64,000 nucleotides of DNA from Ophelia neglecta (taxonomy: Eukaryota). Where the stretch lies: positions 50,654,001 to 50,718,000 of the forward strand of contig OZ260664.1 in assembly GCA_965285935.1 (NCBI GenBank), read 5' to 3'. Position 1 is the first letter of the stretch. Each line of letters opens with the position of its first letter. The position numbers were made by a program, and so were the translations under genes. Positions 57,986 through 64,000 of this stretch are shown one piece after another. The notes below the pieces were generated by a model that ran no database searches, was not told where the DNA came from, and saw only the letters and a list, made by a program, of their open reading frames with translations.

Positions 57986-60404
57986 AGGACAGTGGCTGAC
58001 AGACCAGACATGACGACAGACCAAGGGGGTGAGGGACAGGGGCTGACAGTCCAGGGGGTGGGGACAGGAGCAGACAGACCAGGTGTGCAAAAAGAGACTA
58101 ACAGACCTCAAGGTGAGAACAGGGGCTGACAGACCAGGGGGTGAGGGACAGAGGCAGACAGACCAGGGGGTGAGGACAGGGGCTGACAGACCAGGGGGGT
58201 GAGGACAGGGGCTGACAGACCAGGGTGGTGAGGACAGGGGCAGACAGACCAGGGGGTGAAGACAGGGGCTGACAGACCAGGGGGTGAGGGACAGGGGCAG
58301 ACAGACCAGGGGGTGAGGACAGGGGCTGACAGACCAGGGGGTGAGGGACAGAGGCAGACAGACCAGGGGGTGTGGACAGGAGCTGACAGACCAGGGGGTG
58401 AGGGACAGAGGCAGACAGACCGGGGGGTGAGGACAGGGGCTGACAGACCAGGGGGGTGAGGACAGGGGCTGACAGACCAGGGTGGTGAGGACAGGGGCTG
58501 ACAGACCAGGGGGGGTGAGGACAGGGGCTGACAGACCAGGGGGTGGGGACAGGGGCTGACAGACCAGGGGGGTGAGGACAGGAGCAGACAGACCAGGTGT
58601 GCAAAAAGAGACTAACAGACCTCAAGGTGAGAACAGGAGCTGACAGACCAGGATGTGTGGGACAGGGGCAGACAGACCAGGGGATGAGGGACAGGAGCTG
58701 ACAGACCAGGGGATGAGGGACAGGGGCAGACAGACCAGGGGTGAGGACAGAGGCTAATAAACCACAGGTAGAGGACAGGGGCTGACAAACCAGACACGAG
58801 GGCAGACCAGTGGGTGTGGACAGGAGCTGACAGACCAGGGGGTGAGGGACAGAGGCAGACAGACCAGGGGTTGAGGGACAGGGGCAGACAGACCAGGGGG
58901 GTGAGGACAGGGGCTGACAGACCAGGGGGTGAGGGACAGGGGCAGACAGACCAGGGGATGAGGGACAGGAGCTGACAAACCAGGGGGGTGAGGACAGGGG
59001 CTGACAGACCAGGGGTGAGGACAGGGGCAGACAGACCAGGGGATGAGGGCAGGGGCAGACAGACCAGGGGGGTGAGGACAGGGGCTGACAGACCAGGGGG
59101 TGAGGACAGGGGCAGACAGACCAGGGGATGAGGGACAGGAGCTGACAAACCAGGGGGGTGAGGACAGGGGCTGACAGACCAGGGGGTGAGGACAGGGGCA
59201 GACAGACCAGGGGATGAGGGGAGGGGCAGACAGACCAGGGGGGTGAGGACAGGGGCTGACAGACCAGGGGGGTGAGGACAGGGGCTGACAGACCAGGGGG
59301 TGAGGGACAGGGGCAGACAGACCAGGGGATGAGGGACAGGAGCTGACAAACCAGGGGGGTGAGGACAGGGGCTGACAGACCAGGGGGTGAGGACAGGCGC
59401 TGACAGACCAGGGGGTGAGGGACAGGGGCAGACAGACCAGGGGATGAGGGACAGGAGCTGACAAACCAGGGGGTGAGGACAGGGGCTGAAAGACCAGGGG
59501 GGTGAGGACAGGGGCTGACAGACCAGGGGGTGAGGGACAGGGGCAGACAGACCAGGGGATGAGGGACAGGAGCTGACAAACCAGGGGGGTGAGGACAGGG
59601 GCTGACAGACCAGGGGGTGAGGACAGGGGCTGACAGACCAGGGTGGTGAGGACAGGGGCTGACAGACCAGGGGATGAGGGACAGGAGCTGACAGACCAGG
59701 AGGTGGGGACAGGGGCTGACAGACCAGGGGGTGAGGGACAGGAGCTGACAGACCAGGGGGTGGGGACAGGAGCTGACAGACCAGGTGTGCAAAAAGAGAC
59801 TAACAGACCTCAAGGTGAGAACAGGGGCTGACAGACCAGGATGTGTGGGACAGGGGCAGACAGACCAGGGGATGAGGGACAGGAGCTGACAGACCAGGGG
59901 ATGAGGGATAGGGGCTGACAGACCAGGGGATGAGGGACAGGGGCAGACAGACCAGGGGATGAGGGACAGGAGCTGACAGACCAGGGGGTGAGGACAGGGG
60001 CTGACAGACCAGGGTGGTGAGGACAGGGGCTGACAGACCAGGGTGGTGAGGACAGGGGCTGACAGACCAGGGTGGTGAGGACAGGGGCTGACAGACCAGG
60101 GTGGTGAGGACAGGGGCTGGCAGACCAGGGGGTGAGGACAGGGGCAGACAGACCAGTGGGGTGAGGACAGGGGCTGACAGACCAGGGGTCAAGGACATGG
60201 GGCAGACAGACCAGGGGTGAGGACAGGGTCTGACAGACCAGGGGTCAAGGACATGGGGCAGACAGACCAGGTGGTGAGGACAGGGGCAGACAGACCAGGG
60301 GGTGAGGACAGGGGCAGACAGACCAGTGGGGTGAGGACAGGGGCTGACAGACGAGGGGTCAAGGACATGTGAAGACAGACCAGGGGGGTGAGGACAGGGG
60401 CTGA
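57986..60404. repeat. G-rich minisatellite, 27-30-bp unit, about 85 copies, presumably inside a SOBP intron
   Basis: Consensus GAGGACAGGGGCTGACAGACCAGGGGGT, with variable G-run length and recurrent variant units. Confidence 0.97.
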
Positions 60405-63400
60405 TCTCTAAAAATGCTACCAGCGGATGCTACCAAGGAAAACTGGTAACTTAAATGAATTGATACTGTGATCAACCTAAAGTTTGTGAGTTTGCAATTT
60501 GCATGTTTATGTTCTTCTTGTCAATAGATAAATTGGCTTTGTTTCAACTAATACAGATAGTGTTCCTTTTCTAAATCAAAAGAAAAAATGCATAAGAATG
60601 ATGAGTAACATTTGATAAAATTTGAAATATGATAAAGATTGAAAGTTCCAACATTACCATGTCATGCTTTCCATATCTTACTGATAATCTTGATTAGATT
60701 TATGATATTATGATTAATGATGAAAACTAAATATGTTCCAGCAAAGTGAAGTTGAACAAATGACGTTTGGAAAGTAATTTACTTGTAAAACAGTTTTATC
60801 AGATTGCATTCTATTATGTTACAATTTGAAAAAAAAATCATGTTAAAATTCAACATACTTTACACAATGGTAGGTATATGTATCAAAGGGTTTGCCTAAA
60901 GTTTGGCACATTTAGATCTTTGATAACTTATGATTTACTGGCAAAGTTCCAGGTAGTCGATATACCTGTAATGTGAGTACCCAGGTGGCTACATGTCACC
61001 ATACATGTAACTGAGAAAAAAAAGGTAAGTATCAGTACCTGTGCAATATGACACAGTCTGAATCACTCTTTTTACATTTACTTGGCTATCAATGCCACTG
61101 CTGATGGATCAGAGTGTAGTAAAGTCCACCGTGCTCATTAGGACTTATATATTGTATTTACACCCTTGCTCGCAGATTAATAGCCTACCAATCCAATATG
61201 CTCCATTGATACTGGCTTCACTAAGTGGTAGCATCTGACCTATTCCATTCCAAGTATAATTTCCACTAAGGTAGTAGCCATTGCGGTTAATGTGATGACT
61301 TCCAAGAATATAGTTATTGGCATACCAGTGATGATTTCATCAAAAATGGTCTTCACAGATGCAGATGAGACATGAAATACAAGCTGTACCACTACTGCCC
61401 AGTGAACATTTCAGGTTTTACAGTACACCTGAGTATTTCTGTTTTAGCTGTACCGTATTAGCTGTATTATTTCTTCAAGACTTTTAAATTTAAAGGATAT
61501 AAATAACAGTGTAGTCATGTTTTGCACTCCCTAAATGAGCTTTAATCTGCTTGTCATTTGCTGCTCAGCCATGGGCAGTAAAGGAGATGCACTGTCATTC
61601 ATAAAAAAAATTAAGAGGAAATGTCAACAGTAGATATCCTAGCTATAAAGCTTTGATAGCAGGTTAAGAAGCATACAGTAAGGGTATCTCATAGCAGGAC
61701 TGTTTTCTGTTTTCTTTTTAAGATCAAAATTATCAATGTCAAACATTTCATATTTTAAAGATTGGAATGGTATAAATCAATTTTTTTTTAACATGACAAA
61801 TATATGAGCTGGCACGAAGCATTATATTAAGTGTTGGAGCAACTAAAATAGTTAGAGGAGAGATCAGTATACAGTCGAGGTGCAGTATGTATCCAGGAAA
61901 GTCTGCTCTTACAACTTTATAATTAATGACCTACCCAGTTGTTGGCCTTTTTAACTCCCTGAATGAGTTTTCAGGCAGCTGCCACATGAAGCTGCAACAA
62001 GCAGCTGCACAGAGACTAACAATCTGTCAGATCTACTGCATTGCACAGTCAGAATAGTGGAATGCAAAAAAAAAGTAATCATAAGGGTGTTCAAAAACCT
62101 TTACTTTGGCACACAAAGCGAACATTTAAACATGTCGCTACAGAGGGGTCACAGTAATATACAGACAAGTTCTACAATATTCTTTATGCACAGTTCCAAT
62201 TACATATGATTCAAATTACATAATCTTTTGCACATAGTGATATTCTGCATGTCAAAAGTACTATTTAGGTCGGCAGTCTTATTCAAGGAATCTGAAGGGA
62301 TTACAGACCTGTCATCCTCCCCTAGCTGTGACAACCATACATATTACCTATCAAGAGTGCCCTTCTATGACCGGTCACCACCCCGCACTACATTCTTTGA
62401 GGTGATCATTAATGACCAGCTCCCCCAAGATGCTCGACATATATACATTTGTAGAAAAAAATTGGTATACGATGTCATGTCATAACACAAAAAAATAAGC
62501 AAACTGATTTGTGAAGAGTGGAAAATTATTTATAACAAAGTTTTGGTAAGGAAAACCATGAAACCTCTTATAACTTATCTCTTTAATAAAAAATCTTTCA
62601 AACTAGGATTTTGAAATTTAAAGCTCTGAATATGTAGCTCAAGTGAAATGTATACTGGTAGTAAACTTATTGGTAGTGGACACTGCATAGTGATTTGAAT
62701 TGAAACCTGTGATTTCTCGCTTTTGATATTTACCTAAATGAAGTTTACACTTTGATACTCTAAATTAATAAGCATCGAGACTTTTTATGCTTTGTCATTG
62801 TTGTATTTTCATCCAAAATATGAATGGATTGGTTTCATTCATGTAATTAATGAGAAATATTTATGTCCCTTATAATCCAGTATGCACAGATAGACTTTCA
62901 CAAGTGTGATGCCTGCTCAGAGACATACTGTACATGAACATTCCATCTGAAGACTCTTTTAGCAATGGTCTGTTTACCTCACACAGTACATACATGTACA
63001 TGTACCTGCGGCTTGATTTTACATTTACAAGTGTACCCAGAAGACATCAACAGTCAAGAAGACTAATATTTGACAACATAGAGACATGCCTTCCATGACT
63101 ACATGCACAGAGTATTTGGGGACTTTTTTTTTCTAAAGCATGCAAAACATCTCCGTTCACTTAGAGCCAGTCTCTTATACATCTTTTGGTCTGTAACCAA
63201 TATGTCCTGGTTTTGTGAGTATTTTTAATATTTGCGCTTTATGACCTTCATGACTTCTTTTCAATGACAAGAAAAACATTGGATGGGATTCGTCCCTAGT
63301 CCTTCAGATATCATATATCAAATGGTAGACTAATGGCAGGTGATCTGCCAAGGAGAGACAAAGAGGTTTCTATGATATCTACTGGAGAAACATCCTGTAA

Positions 63401-64000
63401 TATTAGATTACAAAGCTTTCTCATTTTGTGTTTGTGACTAGTTTAACTTTGAAAGCCCAGATCACCGAGTGGGAATGATTCAAAGGAAGCTGTTTGTAAT
63501 GGTATCATATATTTACCAGATATCAATATATGTCTACTGCCAAAATTACGGAGCTAAATACAAGACTTCCCTGTCTTCATGTCTAAGTGCTCCCCTTTCA
63601 TACCTGTCTGTTTTCTAACTTTAAAGAATGTGCTGGGCTTCCTTACAGTCTTTTGTTACAAAAGAAAGTGTTATCACGCACATCTCTGGTTTCTGGCTCT
63701 CCCGAGGTCCACTTACATTCAAGCTAACACAGGCCAAAATTATCCAAAGAGAGGACAGAAACCTAATAAGCCAGTGGGCTCCAAAGAAAACATCTTTGTC
63801 TCTTACTGAAAATATTAGGTTTCTTTAAGTGGTACCTGCCATAAAGATATATGCCAAATTTGCACAAGGAAAATGAGATCCTTGTTAAAAGCCTTTGTTT
63901 ATTTGGTATGGGTTTACCACCAAGTTTGCCAAAAACTGGTCTCGAATAAAGAAACCTCCATTGTCATCCTATTAAGTAGTCACATTACAGCTTTTATGCT

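Noticed and set aside
58098-60198. Long Pro/Cys/Ser-rich ORFs (571, 245, 236 and 132 aa)
   Set aside because: They are by-products of a stop-poor minisatellite. Several frames are open at once, and the 27-30-bp units shift frame freely.
57986-60404. CRISPR-like array
   Set aside because: The units are contiguous tandem repeats with no unique spacers, there are no cas genes, and the context is eukaryotic.

Overview
AT-rich animal genomic DNA, most consistent with a marine invertebrate and probably a lophotrochozoan (inferred, not proven). It has spliceosomal introns and no prokaryotic features. I could build six protein-coding loci by hand. (1) A 3-exon minus-strand gene (6527-9090) for a secreted 184-aa protein ending in a Jelly belly/HEN-1-type LDL-A module, a candidate ALK ligand. 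(2) An intronless class A GPCR (15592-16713). (3) A 9-exon ACAT2 (minus), head-to-head with (4) a 13-exon PPIL4 (plus) whose intron 11 has U12 minor-spliceosome signals. (5) A 3-exon SAP18 with a GC-AG intron. (6) The large terminal exon of SOBP (minus), whose 5' exons I did not find in the window. Non-coding DNA holds several non-autonomous DNA elements with visible TIRs and TSDs: Harbinger-like, hAT-like, Mutator-like and a nested 48-bp micro-element. It also holds two copies of a tRNA-derived SINE, a 2.4-kb G-rich minisatellite and smaller tandem repeats. Composition shifts near 22 kb from CpG-rich to CpG-poor. All coordinates were counted by eye, and homology calls rest on recalled family motifs, not database searches.
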